Positions 1 to 9,209 of a stretch of DNA of 64,000 bases are shown piece by piece. The position numbers and the translations under genes are program-made. Origin of the DNA: an uncultured Prochlorococcus sp. GTDB taxonomy: Bacteria; Cyanobacteriota; Cyanobacteriia; PCC-6307; Cyanobiaceae. Within the stretch, counting starts at the first letter, position 1. Every line of letters starts with the position of its first letter. Below the pieces are notes generated by a model. The model did not search any database, was not told where the DNA came from, and was given only the letters and a program-made list of their open reading frames with translations. Location: contig CACNQT010000003.1 in NCBI GenBank assembly GCA_902622705.1, positions 36,903-100,902 of the forward strand, in the 5' to 3' direction.

Positions 1-133
1 AGAAATAAATATTTCAGGAAGAAATAAAAACAATCTCTTTAATAAAAAATGGTCTTTCCTATTAATTTAACGGCAAATTATTTCGATATGATTAAAATAT
101 CAAATATGTTTCTAAGTAAATATACTTTCTCAA

Positions 134-2887
134 ATGTTTTACTGTCAGAAGCAAAAATGTATCCCCTATCATATATTTTTACTGTGGTTTTTAATTAACT
201 ATGTCCCAAAAAGTTATGCAGAAATAAATTTAGATAAAAATATTCAATCCGCAACAATAATTAATGCGGTAGAAGGGGGTAAATGCATAACTGGAAATTG
301 CATAGTTTCTGGAGGAGATAAGAGTGGTGCCAATATCTTTCATCGATTTAATTCATTCGATACTAGAGGTTCAATAAATAGTGTTCTTTTTAAAAATGAG
401 AACTATAAAAATGTAATTGTTGGAGTATCTTCGTCAAGAGGAAGCTTTATAAATAAACCAATATCTTTATCTGAAAAAGGAAATTTATTTTGGATTTCAC
501 CTGGAGGCATAAGTTTTGATAGTGGAGCAGATTTTATAAACACTTCTCAACTTCATTTGAGCACTTCTAATACATTAGATTTTTCAAATGGGGTTTTTGA
601 TGTTTTTAGTAACAAAAAATATCATTTAAACCAATTAAATAAAAAACCTTCTATTGTCGCAGATACGACTGCTCCTTCCGTCAAAGAGATTAAAACAAAA
701 AATAAAAATGGCTCATATAAAAAAGGAGATCAAATTGAAATAAACATAAAATTTTCAGAGCCTATTTACGTAATTGGGAATACTGATTTAACATTAAATA
801 CGGGAAATAAGGCTATTTATTCCTCTGGGAATGGGACGGACAATCTAACATTTATATACAAAATTAAAGATGGGGATAGCACCTCAAAACTTGATTATGC
901 ATCCGAAAATGCATTATCTGGGAACCTTAAAGATAGGGCTTTTAATAATGCGATCCTTACTCTTTCGACACCTGGTAAAGGATTTGGAAAATCTATTTCA
1001 ATTAATGTTATACCAACTAACTTTGAAACACCAAGCGAAAAAGTTACTACTCCAAAACCAACTTCACTAACTATTAGGGGTGGTGATACTAACTCAGCAA
1101 ATCCCTCTTCTTTTGTAAGTGGAGGTAGAGGTCCTTCACAAATAAGAGTTTCTGAAGGCGGCCCTGTTTCCCCACCAAGAAGCATTGGTGGCGATGGAGT
1201 AAGAGTAAGTTTAACGCTCGATAGTACTCAAGGAATGGCTGACAAAGCCCCGCCAGCTCCCTCTTCTGATCTAGGAGGAAGAGATCCTTCCTCTATAAAA
1301 GAAGAAAGGAAAAGCAAATCTTCTAGCACTAAAAATAAAAGCTCATCCTCTGACTCCCGAGGTAATAAATCAGTTGATAAAAATTATTCTGATTCAGAAA
1401 AAGTAAATAAAAAAACTTCAAAGCCCTCAAAAACTCCAGGAGATAGGAACAAAAAAGGGGGAGATTTAACAAAAGAGAATATTAATGAAGCAAGAAGAAT
1501 TACCTTTGCAAAAGTTCCAAATAAGGAAGTCCTCGCAAACTTAAATAAATTTATGAATAGAAACATAACAAATACTATTGATGTTCTTAATTTAGATAAA
1601 TCACTTAATTCTGGAAGAAATCTATTTGATATACAAAGGGATTTCAAAATAGCCAAATCAAAGATAAGAAATACCTCATCTCTCTCAACATTATTTTATG
1701 GAGAAAAATTATATGCCTCTAACTCCCAATCTCCGGACTACAAAGCTTCAAAAATGTTTTTTGAACGGAGTTTTTATAACCCTGCCGTAATGCATATTCG
1801 ATTTACTAAAGCTTCAGGAAAAACAACTACAGAAAATACAGATTCCTTTCTTGATATAACTTTGATTCCATCTGAAGGCGAAGTGATCGGGAAAAGAGTT
1901 GAATTATCAATGAAAGAATTTGGTAAAAATTTAGGACTTTTATATTCACAATTATCGCGACAAGAAAACTTGAATATTGAACTTGAATCTTCTCCTTCGA
2001 GAGTTTTAAATAACATGATTTTTGAGAGTATTAAGCCTGATTTAGAAAGATTAAAAGTAACTACATTACTTATTTCTGCAGATAGAGGACTGCAAGCAAT
2101 TCCTTATGCTGCCCTACATGATGGGGAAAATTACTTTGGTGATTCCTATGCTTTTTCACTTACACCTTCTCTAGGTTTAACAGATATTAGTATCTCTGAT
2201 AGTGAAGATAAAAAGTTACTAGCAATTGGAGCTTCAGAATTTAGAGAATTAGCTCCTTTACCTCTGGTAGGACAAGAATTATCAAAAATTGGAGGCACAA
2301 AAAACAAAGAAATTATTTTCAATAAAGAATTCACACCAGAAAGTTTCTTTGAAAAAGCAATTCAGGAAAAGTATGACATGATACATATTGCTACACATGC
2401 CGAATTCAAACCTGGGGGTCCTAATGCATCAAGATTATTTTCAGGGACAACACCAATAACATTAGATAATTTTTCAATTCTTAGGAAAGGACGAATTGGT
2501 AATCCTCTAGATTTGGTTGTTTTTAGTGCTTGTAGGACTGCTTTGGGTGATCCAGAAACAGAATTAGGGTTTAGTGGTTTGGCCCTACAGGCTGGAGCAA
2601 AAAGTGCCATCGGTACACTTTGGTATGTGGATGATGTAATGACATCTGCTTATTTTGTACAAATGTATAAGTTTTTAGATTTGGGCATTCCAAAAGCAGA
2701 AGCCATGCAGTTAACAAGAAGACTTTTTGCTCAAAAACTTATAACTTTAGAAGATGATAAATTAATTGGATTTAATAATTTACCTCTACTAGAAAATTTA
2801 ACATTATCTCAAAAAAGGCTTATTAAAAATGGTTTGAATAACCCATTTTTCTGGGCAGGGATAGAACTAATGGGTTCGCCTTGGTAA
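134..2887 (+). CDS. Exported CHAT (caspase-like) protease with N-terminal haemagglutinin/TPS secretion domain and an Ig-like repeat
   Basis: Signal-like N-terminus; TPS motifs (SGGDKSGANIFHRFNSF, NLFWISPGGISF); adhesin-type repeat DTTAPSV...FSEP...YSSGNGTDNLTF; S/K-rich linker; CHAT motifs LQAIPYAALHDG, HIATHAEF, VFSACRTALG, AIGTLWYVDD, NPFFWAG. Confidence 0.85.
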   Translation: MFYCQKQKCIPYHIFLLWFLINYVPKSYAEINLDKNIQSATIINAVEGGKCITGNCIVSGGDKSGANIFHRFNSFDTRGSINSVLFKNENYKNVIVGVSSSRGSFINKPISLSEKGNLFWISPGGISFDSGADFINTSQLHLSTSNTLDFSNGVFDVFSNKKYHLNQLNKKPSIVADTTAPSVKEIKTKNKNGSYKKGDQIEINIKFSEPIYVIGNTDLTLNTGNKAIYSSGNGTDNLTFIYKIKDGDSTSKLDYASENALSGNLKDRAFNNAILTLSTPGKGFGKSISINVIPTNFETPSEKVTTPKPTSLTIRGGDTNSANPSSFVSGGRGPSQIRVSEGGPVSPPRSIGGDGVRVSLTLDSTQGMADKAPPAPSSDLGGRDPSSIKEERKSKSSSTKNKSSSSDSRGNKSVDKNYSDSEKVNKKTSKPSKTPGDRNKKGGDLTKENINEARRITFAKVPNKEVLANLNKFMNRNITNTIDVLNLDKSLNSGRNLFDIQRDFKIAKSKIRNTSSLSTLFYGEKLYASNSQSPDYKASKMFFERSFYNPAVMHIRFTKASGKTTTENTDSFLDITLIPSEGEVIGKRVELSMKEFGKNLGLLYSQLSRQENLNIELESSPSRVLNNMIFESIKPDLERLKVTTLLISADRGLQAIPYAALHDGENYFGDSYAFSLTPSLGLTDISISDSEDKKLLAIGASEFRELAPLPLVGQELSKIGGTKNKEIIFNKEFTPESFFEKAIQEKYDMIHIATHAEFKPGGPNASRLFSGTTPITLDNFSILRKGRIGNPLDLVVFSACRTALGDPETELGFSGLALQAGAKSAIGTLWYVDDVMTSAYFVQMYKFLDLGIPKAEAMQLTRRLFAQKLITLEDDKLIGFNNLPLLENLTLSQKRLIKNGLNNPFFWAGIELMGSPW

Positions 2888-2924
2888 AAATTGTTATTCT
2901 TTAGTAAATAAAGATTTTAGAACT

Positions 2925-3566
2925 TTGAAAAATCTCGCATTTATTTTTTTAATAGTCTCATCACTTATCTTTCCTAATAAAATAAAAAGTCAAGATGAGA
3001 TGGTGAATATTGGTTTAGCTTTCCCTGGCAGGAGAGTTGGAGGAGGTACTAGAGGTGAATGTAGTGCAAGAAAAATAATGCATCTTGTCCCAGAGTCAAA
3101 TATTGCTTTTCAAAATGAGTTAGGTCATTTTGCATTAATTATTGGGCCTTCAAATGATCCTAAAGACATTAAAATTAACTTTAAAGAATTTGAAGAAACA
3201 CAAAAAAATAAGATTGATTTAAATGATTTTAAAATAAAAGCTTCTAAAGAAAAAGTATTTTTAATTTCAATTCCCAGCCAAGATGTTCCTTTTATTTTGG
3301 AATCTTCATTTAATTGTAATGATAATACTGATATGGGTTTTGACTTCAATTTTATACAAGATGATTCACCACCTGCTCAAACTTTAATCGCACCATCAAG
3401 TTACCAGGGAAATAAGAATAAAGAAGATAAAATGGTTTGGCTTTCTAAATTTTGTGATAGCAATATTTCACAGAGTTCTTTAAGCGAGAAATTCCAAATT
3501 GGTGAATTTTTTGATGAAAATTGGGCGAAAGAGATCAATGTTACTTGTATAAATAAACTATCTTAA
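2925..3566 (+). CDS. DUF928-like exported protein
   Basis: Signal peptide followed by PGRRVGGGTRGEC, typical of DUF928; lies between the CHAT and CHASE2 genes as in other cyanobacteria. Confidence 0.7.
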   Translation: MKNLAFIFLIVSSLIFPNKIKSQDEMVNIGLAFPGRRVGGGTRGECSARKIMHLVPESNIAFQNELGHFALIIGPSNDPKDIKINFKEFEETQKNKIDLNDFKIKASKEKVFLISIPSQDVPFILESSFNCNDNTDMGFDFNFIQDDSPPAQTLIAPSSYQGNKNKEDKMVWLSKFCDSNISQSSLSEKFQIGEFFDENWAKEINVTCINKLS

Positions 3567-3574
3567 ATGAAGAT

Positions 3575-5431
3575 ATGTTTAAGAAATTAATAAAAGCCTC
3601 AATCAATTCAAGTTTCTATTTATTAGTTATTTTATTTTGCTCCATTTTATCTTTTAGAGGTGTCACACAAAATCTAGATCTTATAATTTATGACTCATTA
3701 TTAAATAAATTTCCTAAAAAAAATAAATCAGAATCTAAAACTATAGTTGTTGGGATAACAGAAAAAGATATTGAAAAATATGGATGGCCCATTGATGATA
3801 TTTATCTTTTTGAAGTAATTAAAAATTTAGATAATGCTGGCTCTTCTAGTATCGTTCTTGACTTATATAGAAATGTAGGAGTAGGAAAAGGTGCAGATCA
3901 ACTTTCTTCCTTTAGCAAAGAGAATCCAAAGGTAATTAGTATTTTTAATGTTGCAGAAGGGATATCCTCAATTCCAGACTTTCCTGTAGAGAGGCAGGCT
4001 TTTAATGATATCCCGGTTGATGTAGATAATGTAATCCGAAGAAATTTGGTAGGGGTAGATCTTAAGAAATTTAATTTACCTCCACAATTTGTAAGCATTC
4101 CTTCAAGGATGGTTGAAATACATCAAAAATTAAATAATGAAATTTTTGATATAGACAAACAATTTAGTGAGGAGAAAATTAACACTATTAAAAAATATTC
4201 TGGAGGTTATACCAATGTTGATTCAAATGGATTTCAAATTTTAATAGACTACCCAAGATCAAATTATGTTCCAAAATATAGTATTGAATCGATATTAAAT
4301 AAAAACTTTTCTAAAGATTTTTTTAAAAACAAAATGGTTGTTATCGGCGCAACTGCACCATCACTTAAAGATATTTTCGCTTTCCCTTCGAGCAGATTCA
4401 TAAAAGATAGCCAACTTATGTATATAAGTGGAGCCGAAATTCATGCGCACAGAGCGAATCAACTTCTCTCTCTGCAAAATGGAAATAACCTACAAATTAA
4501 TACCATAAATCCAACACTCGAATTATTCCTAATAATTCTATTAATATTATCGACAGCTTTATATATAGAAAAAAGCAAGAAAATTTTGTATGGATTATTA
4601 GGTTTAATAATCATAATTTCATCTTTATCAATAGCTGTATTTTTATCATTTATTTCAGGATATTGGATTGAATTTTCCCTACCAATTATTTCTATTATTT
4701 TAGTTTCTACAATTTCATGGGTTAAAAAAGCCGCAGAACAGCAAAAACAAAAAGCTTTGATGCAAAAACTTTTAGGTCAAACTACATCCCCAGAAGTTGC
4801 GGAAGAATTATGGAAACAAAAAGATTCACTAATCGAGAACGGCAAGTTTCCAGGGACCGAATTACCTGTAACTATTCTATTTAGTGACACCGTTAGTTTT
4901 AGTAGTGTTTCAGAGAAAATGACCCCTACAGAATTATTAGACTGGCTTAATAATGGTATGGAAAAATTTGTAAAAATAATTTCAGAAAATGGAGGAATGG
5001 TAAATAAGTTTACTGGTGACGGATTCCTTGCCGTCTTCGGGGCACCTGTAAGAAAATCATTAGAGGAATCTTCCAATGCTTCAATTAAAACTGCAATTGA
5101 GATTAGAAATGCAATAGATTCTCTTATAGAGGATTCAAACAAAAAAAATCTTCCGCCTCTACGCTTAAGGATTGGGATTCATAGTGGAAAAATTATTACT
5201 GGATCTATGGGAGGCGCTGAAAAGATTGAATATGCTCTAATCGGAGATAGCGTAAATGTAGCTGCCAGACTTGAATCACTAAATAAGGAGAAGATGAACA
5301 ATAACTGTAGAATTCTTGTTTCTGGAGATAGTCTTAAGTTTTTAAAAAAAGAAAATTATAATATTGAGAATTGGGGAGAGTGCAAAGTTAAAGGGAGAGA
5401 ATCACTTGTCGAAGTTTATGAAATTCTTTGA
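3575..5431 (+). CDS. CHASE2-domain class III adenylate/guanylate cyclase
   Basis: CHASE2 motifs (VGITEKDI..YGWP, LDLYR, D.DNVIRR, VVIGATAPSLKD, GAEIHA), three TM helices, cyclase motifs LFSD, KFTGDG, RIGIHSG, IGDSVNVAARLES, VKGR. Confidence 0.92.
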   Translation: MFKKLIKASINSSFYLLVILFCSILSFRGVTQNLDLIIYDSLLNKFPKKNKSESKTIVVGITEKDIEKYGWPIDDIYLFEVIKNLDNAGSSSIVLDLYRNVGVGKGADQLSSFSKENPKVISIFNVAEGISSIPDFPVERQAFNDIPVDVDNVIRRNLVGVDLKKFNLPPQFVSIPSRMVEIHQKLNNEIFDIDKQFSEEKINTIKKYSGGYTNVDSNGFQILIDYPRSNYVPKYSIESILNKNFSKDFFKNKMVVIGATAPSLKDIFAFPSSRFIKDSQLMYISGAEIHAHRANQLLSLQNGNNLQINTINPTLELFLIILLILSTALYIEKSKKILYGLLGLIIIISSLSIAVFLSFISGYWIEFSLPIISIILVSTISWVKKAAEQQKQKALMQKLLGQTTSPEVAEELWKQKDSLIENGKFPGTELPVTILFSDTVSFSSVSEKMTPTELLDWLNNGMEKFVKIISENGGMVNKFTGDGFLAVFGAPVRKSLEESSNASIKTAIEIRNAIDSLIEDSNKKNLPPLRLRIGIHSGKIITGSMGGAEKIEYALIGDSVNVAARLESLNKEKMNNNCRILVSGDSLKFLKKENYNIENWGECKVKGRESLVEVYEIL

Positions 5432-5461
5432 AAATAGTTTGAGAAAAATTTAATAAGAGTT

Positions 5462-6139
5462 TTATTTTTTATTAGATCTTACTAGCTTGTAACAGAGATT
5501 TTTAGCTATAAGCGAATTTAACTTTTCAAATAATTCTGGTTTTCTATCTTTAATCTTTTGAAGTTTTGATTTACTCCAACTTATTGCATAAATATCTTTT
5601 GAAATAACATTTGCTGAGGTCTTATCGCCTGTTATAAAGGAAAATTCTGAAATCCAATCACCTTTTTTGAGAGAAGCAACTTCTTTACCATTCTCTAAAG
5701 TAATAGAAGCTCCACCATCAACTACAAATGATAAGTATTCAAATTCACTATCTTTTTTAACTAACTCAAGAGGACTTTTATTACTATGTTTCACTATTTC
5801 TGCAAAACTCAACATTTTTTTAAATTCAAATGGGAGAAAAATAGAAAAATATTTCTTATATGTTTCTCTCCAACCCAAAGGCAAACATTTTATTGATCTT
5901 GAATAGTAGTAAAGACTAATCATATAAAAATTTAAACTAAAATGAAGTACCGCCAGAAATAGTATTGATAAATTTTCAGCGGAATCTAATCCTGTCCAAA
6001 AACAAAAAATAAAGTTTGCGATTGATAAAAATAAAATTATGAATCTTAATGCTATTAATGAAGTACAAATAAATGAAAGGCCTTCACAAGTACCTAAAAA
6101 TGCCTCTACATAATCTGGGGTAATTATAAAGTTAATCAT
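5462..6139 (-). CDS. Membrane-anchored cyclic-nucleotide-binding protein (Popeye-domain-like)
   Basis: About three N-terminal TM helices, YKKYF...FEFKKML linker, cNMP-binding beta-roll (LSFVVDGGA...LKKGDWISEFSFITGDKTSANV). Confidence 0.75.
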   Translation of the reverse strand: MINFIITPDYVEAFLGTCEGLSFICTSLIALRFIILFLSIANFIFCFWTGLDSAENLSILFLAVLHFSLNFYMISLYYYSRSIKCLPLGWRETYKKYFSIFLPFEFKKMLSFAEIVKHSNKSPLELVKKDSEFEYLSFVVDGGASITLENGKEVASLKKGDWISEFSFITGDKTSANVISKDIYAISWSKSKLQKIKDRKPELFEKLNSLIAKNLCYKLVRSNKK

Positions 6140-6297
6140 TTATAACCATTAATAAATTAAAGTTCTTATTAATTAAAAGCATAAATAATTTTTGAAATAC
6201 TAGGTTAAAGAATGTTCTTATATCAAGATTTACTCAAAATTATATTTTTAAATATAATTAGATATATAACTTATAAATAAAGTAATAAATTTAAGAA

Positions 6298-7680
6298 ATG
6301 AAAAATCTAAGAAAAGATTCAGGATTTTTTAGACCTGGATTATCTAATTTTTCATCTATTCAAACTTTATTTGGAGATTTCATAAACGATAGAACTTCTC
6401 CAAGTCTTTTAAAAAATTATCACGATAAAAAAGCCAAAATTCTTACTGAAAAGAAATGGGATAATGGAGCACCTTACGAAAGAGTAATAGAAACCAACGA
6501 AGATCTAAAAGAAATTATTCAGAATCCAAACATCATAAAAAATTCTATTTGCATAATCGAACCAGCAGATCATGTTGGAAAGAATTTAATTGGAGAAGAT
6601 GTAAGAGCTTCTTCTAATATTGCATCTCTATGCCAATTCATATCAGATTGCGATTCAATACTTATACCTTTATGGAAGACAGGAACACTCGATAATAAAT
6701 TATTAATTGATTTATTACAAAACTCATTAGCAGTTTTTGTTGAAGGAGGTCATCCAACAGTAAAAGATGCAAATAGTTTTAAAGATTTAAATATATCATT
6801 AGATGAATTACAAGAATTTACTGAAGAATTAATACTTTCAAGAGGACTCAAAACTGCTCCATCTATATTTATTTGTCTTGGCCATCAATTAGCTGCTCAG
6901 GCTCATATTAGGCTTATAAAAAAGGCAGCCAATCAGATCGTAAATTTGATGAAGCCAGAAGTTATCTGTTCCAAGTGTCATTACGAAAATCTCTTAAATA
7001 CTTGCAAAGAAATAATAAATACTGGAGAAAATTTATCTATTTATAAGGATGATGATACTCAAGATGATATTCCCGAAATAGAAGTAGCTAAAGGTTGGGA
7101 TGATCCATGTTTTGCTGTAGCCCTAAATGAAGTTCCTGAAGTCGGTCAAGTTGAACTATTACATTATTCTCATGATGGCATTCATCAAAGTAAAGATTTT
7201 TCAAAATTACTATTGCATCATGAATTAACGAGTGAACAAAATGTAGGAATTGTTGAACAGTCAGTAACTTTCGAAAAAAATTTAAACATAGTTATGTTTC
7301 ATAGTGACGAGGTAAATGAAGAAGCAATATTATTTGCTAATTGGGCTTACGGGAAACTCCATAATTCAATTGCTCCAATAAGGAAGAATATCTCAGTTTC
7401 TGAATTTTCTTGGCTTTTAAGTTTACCAGATTCAATTGAAATCGTTTGTTCCACTAGTGCACAAGGGAAGCTATGTACTCAAGTTTCTGCAACTTGCATC
7501 AACTACACAGATTATGAGACACAACATAAAAGGAGATCTTTCACCTTCCAATTTCATCCTGAATTACTTGAAGATCTTAGGGAATTTAATAAATCTGGAA
7601 TGCCATCCTATGAAAAACTAAAAAATGATGATGGAATAAGAATGTTGATTAGGGTTATATACGAATCGATTACTGATTAA
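6298..7680 (+). CDS. Class I glutamine amidotransferase-like protein
   Basis: EGGHP oxyanion strand, FICLGHQL nucleophile elbow, FHSDEV, FQFHPE His-Glu pair. Confidence 0.7.
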   Translation: MKNLRKDSGFFRPGLSNFSSIQTLFGDFINDRTSPSLLKNYHDKKAKILTEKKWDNGAPYERVIETNEDLKEIIQNPNIIKNSICIIEPADHVGKNLIGEDVRASSNIASLCQFISDCDSILIPLWKTGTLDNKLLIDLLQNSLAVFVEGGHPTVKDANSFKDLNISLDELQEFTEELILSRGLKTAPSIFICLGHQLAAQAHIRLIKKAANQIVNLMKPEVICSKCHYENLLNTCKEIINTGENLSIYKDDDTQDDIPEIEVAKGWDDPCFAVALNEVPEVGQVELLHYSHDGIHQSKDFSKLLLHHELTSEQNVGIVEQSVTFEKNLNIVMFHSDEVNEEAILFANWAYGKLHNSIAPIRKNISVSEFSWLLSLPDSIEIVCSTSAQGKLCTQVSATCINYTDYETQHKRRSFTFQFHPELLEDLREFNKSGMPSYEKLKNDDGIRMLIRVIYESITD

Positions 7681-7789
7681 TTTTTATAATTAAATTTTTT
7701 GAATAACATTTTACTGAGTAAAAAATCCTATTTTTATATTCTTGTATTTTTGAATACTTATCAAGGGGTTACCTAAATCAGATTATAAA

Positions 7790-7951
7790 ATGAGTCGCAT
7801 TTTCAACATGACTCAAAATTCCATGAATACTCCTTATGCAAAAAGAGTAGCTGAAAAATTTAGAGAGGCTCAAAACTATTTAAAAACTAATGGTTTTAGT
7901 AGATCAACTAAACATTTACTGGAAGATATTGAAAATTCTGCTGAAAAATAA
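7790..7951 (+). CDS. Small hypothetical protein (53 aa; may start at a later Met)
   Basis: Hand-translated ORF MSRIFNMTQNSMNTPYAKRVAEKFREAQNYLKTNGFSRSTKHLLEDIENSAEK; stop overlaps next ATG (TAATG). Confidence 0.5.
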   Translation: MSRIFNMTQNSMNTPYAKRVAEKFREAQNYLKTNGFSRSTKHLLEDIENSAEK

Positions 7952-8109
7952 TGCCGATACCCCCTCACTTACCACAACTACAATATGGCTACGATGATGG
8001 CTTTACAACCATCGTTTTTGGGTTATTAGGAAGTTGCTTAGGATGTATTTTAATTTTATTAATTTCTTTTTTTGAATTTAAATTAAAAAAGCAAAATAGT
8101 AAGCCCTAA
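7951..8109 (+). CDS. Small single-TM hypothetical protein (52 aa)
   Basis: Hand-translated ORF MPIPPHLPQLQYGYDDGFTTIVFGLLGSCLGCILILLISFFEFKLKKQNSKP; hydrophobic helix followed by basic tail. Confidence 0.55.
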   Translation: MPIPPHLPQLQYGYDDGFTTIVFGLLGSCLGCILILLISFFEFKLKKQNSKP

Positions 8110-8117
8110 GAGACTTA

Positions 8118-9209
8118 CTAAACGTTAAATAAGAACTCCATTACATCACCTTCGTTAACAATATATTCCTTACCTTCACTTCTTAAAAGACCTTTAGTTT
8201 TTGCATTGGCAATTGAACCTGAATCAATTAAATTTTGATACGAAATAGTCTGAGCTCTTATAAATCCTTTTTCAAAATCAGTATGAATTACTCCTGCTGC
8301 CTGTGGCGCAGTCATCCCATCTTTTATTGTCCAAGCTTTTGTCTCCTTTTCTCCGGTAGTGAAATAAGTTTTTAATCCCAATAATTTATATGTTGATCTA
8401 ATTAATGAACTTAATCCCCCTTCTTCTACTCCTAAGCCAATAAGGTAGTCTTTTTTATCTTCTGGTTCTAACTCTATTAATTCAGATTCGACTTGCGCTG
8501 ATATTTTTATACATTCTGTATTTTCATTGCTTGCAAAACTCTGAACTGTTGATGAAAAATCATTACCTTCAGCTAAGTCATTTTCATTCAAATTAGTTGC
8601 GTAAATAATTGGTTTAGCAGTAAGGAAGCCTAATTGCTTAATTATTAAATTTTCTTCTTCATTCAAAGATATTGATCTAACTGAAAGGCCTTTCTCTAGC
8701 TCTTCTTCAATTTTTTCTAGTAAGGTATCTTCTTTAGCTGCCTCTTTACTAGTTCTAACCTGTTTTTTAATTCTTTCTCTTCTTTTTTGGAGTTGAGATA
8801 AATCAGCTAAATTCAATTCCAGATTAATTATCTCAATGTCATCCAGGGGATCTACCTTTCCAGAAACATGAATTACATCACTATCCTCAAAGCATCTTAC
8901 AACATGAACTATTGCATCAACCTCCCTAATATTTGATAAAAATTTATTTCCCAAACCTTCGCCTTTACTAGCTCCTTTTACTAGTCCTGCGATATCTACA
9001 AATTCAATTTTTGTTGGGATAATATTTTGGCTAGAACTTAAATTACCTAACTCTTGCAACCTTTGATCTGGGACTGAAACTATGCCTTTATTAGGTTCTA
9101 TAGTACAAAAGGGAAAATTAGCCGCTTGGGCCTTAGCATTTTCTACAAGTGCATTAAATAGAGTTGATTTTCCAACATTTGGTAATCCAATAATACCTGC
9201 TTTTAACAT
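8118..9209 (-). CDS. ychF: Redox-regulated ATPase YchF
   Basis: GLPNVGKST, NFPFCTIEPN, DIAGLVKGAS..EGLGNKFL, C-terminal TGS domain. Confidence 0.97.
   Translation of the reverse strand: MLKAGIIGLPNVGKSTLFNALVENAKAQAANFPFCTIEPNKGIVSVPDQRLQELGNLSSSQNIIPTKIEFVDIAGLVKGASKGEGLGNKFLSNIREVDAIVHVVRCFEDSDVIHVSGKVDPLDDIEIINLELNLADLSQLQKRRERIKKQVRTSKEAAKEDTLLEKIEEELEKGLSVRSISLNEEENLIIKQLGFLTAKPIIYATNLNENDLAEGNDFSSTVQSFASNENTECIKISAQVESELIELEPEDKKDYLIGLGVEEGGLSSLIRSTYKLLGLKTYFTTGEKETKAWTIKDGMTAPQAAGVIHTDFEKGFIRAQTISYQNLIDSGSIANAKTKGLLRSEGKEYIVNEGDVMEFLFNV

Noticed and set aside
134-6139. Calling the cyclase plus TM-cNMP pair a Pycsar or CBASS system
   Set aside because: The cyclase has a CHASE2/TM sensor architecture and an adenine-type Lys, the genes are convergent rather than operonic, and no CD-NTase is present; kept only as an analogy
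6140-6297. CRP box in the divergent region between the cNMP receptor and the GATase
   Set aside because: No TGTGA-N6-TCACA-like sequence visible; the region is simply AT-rich
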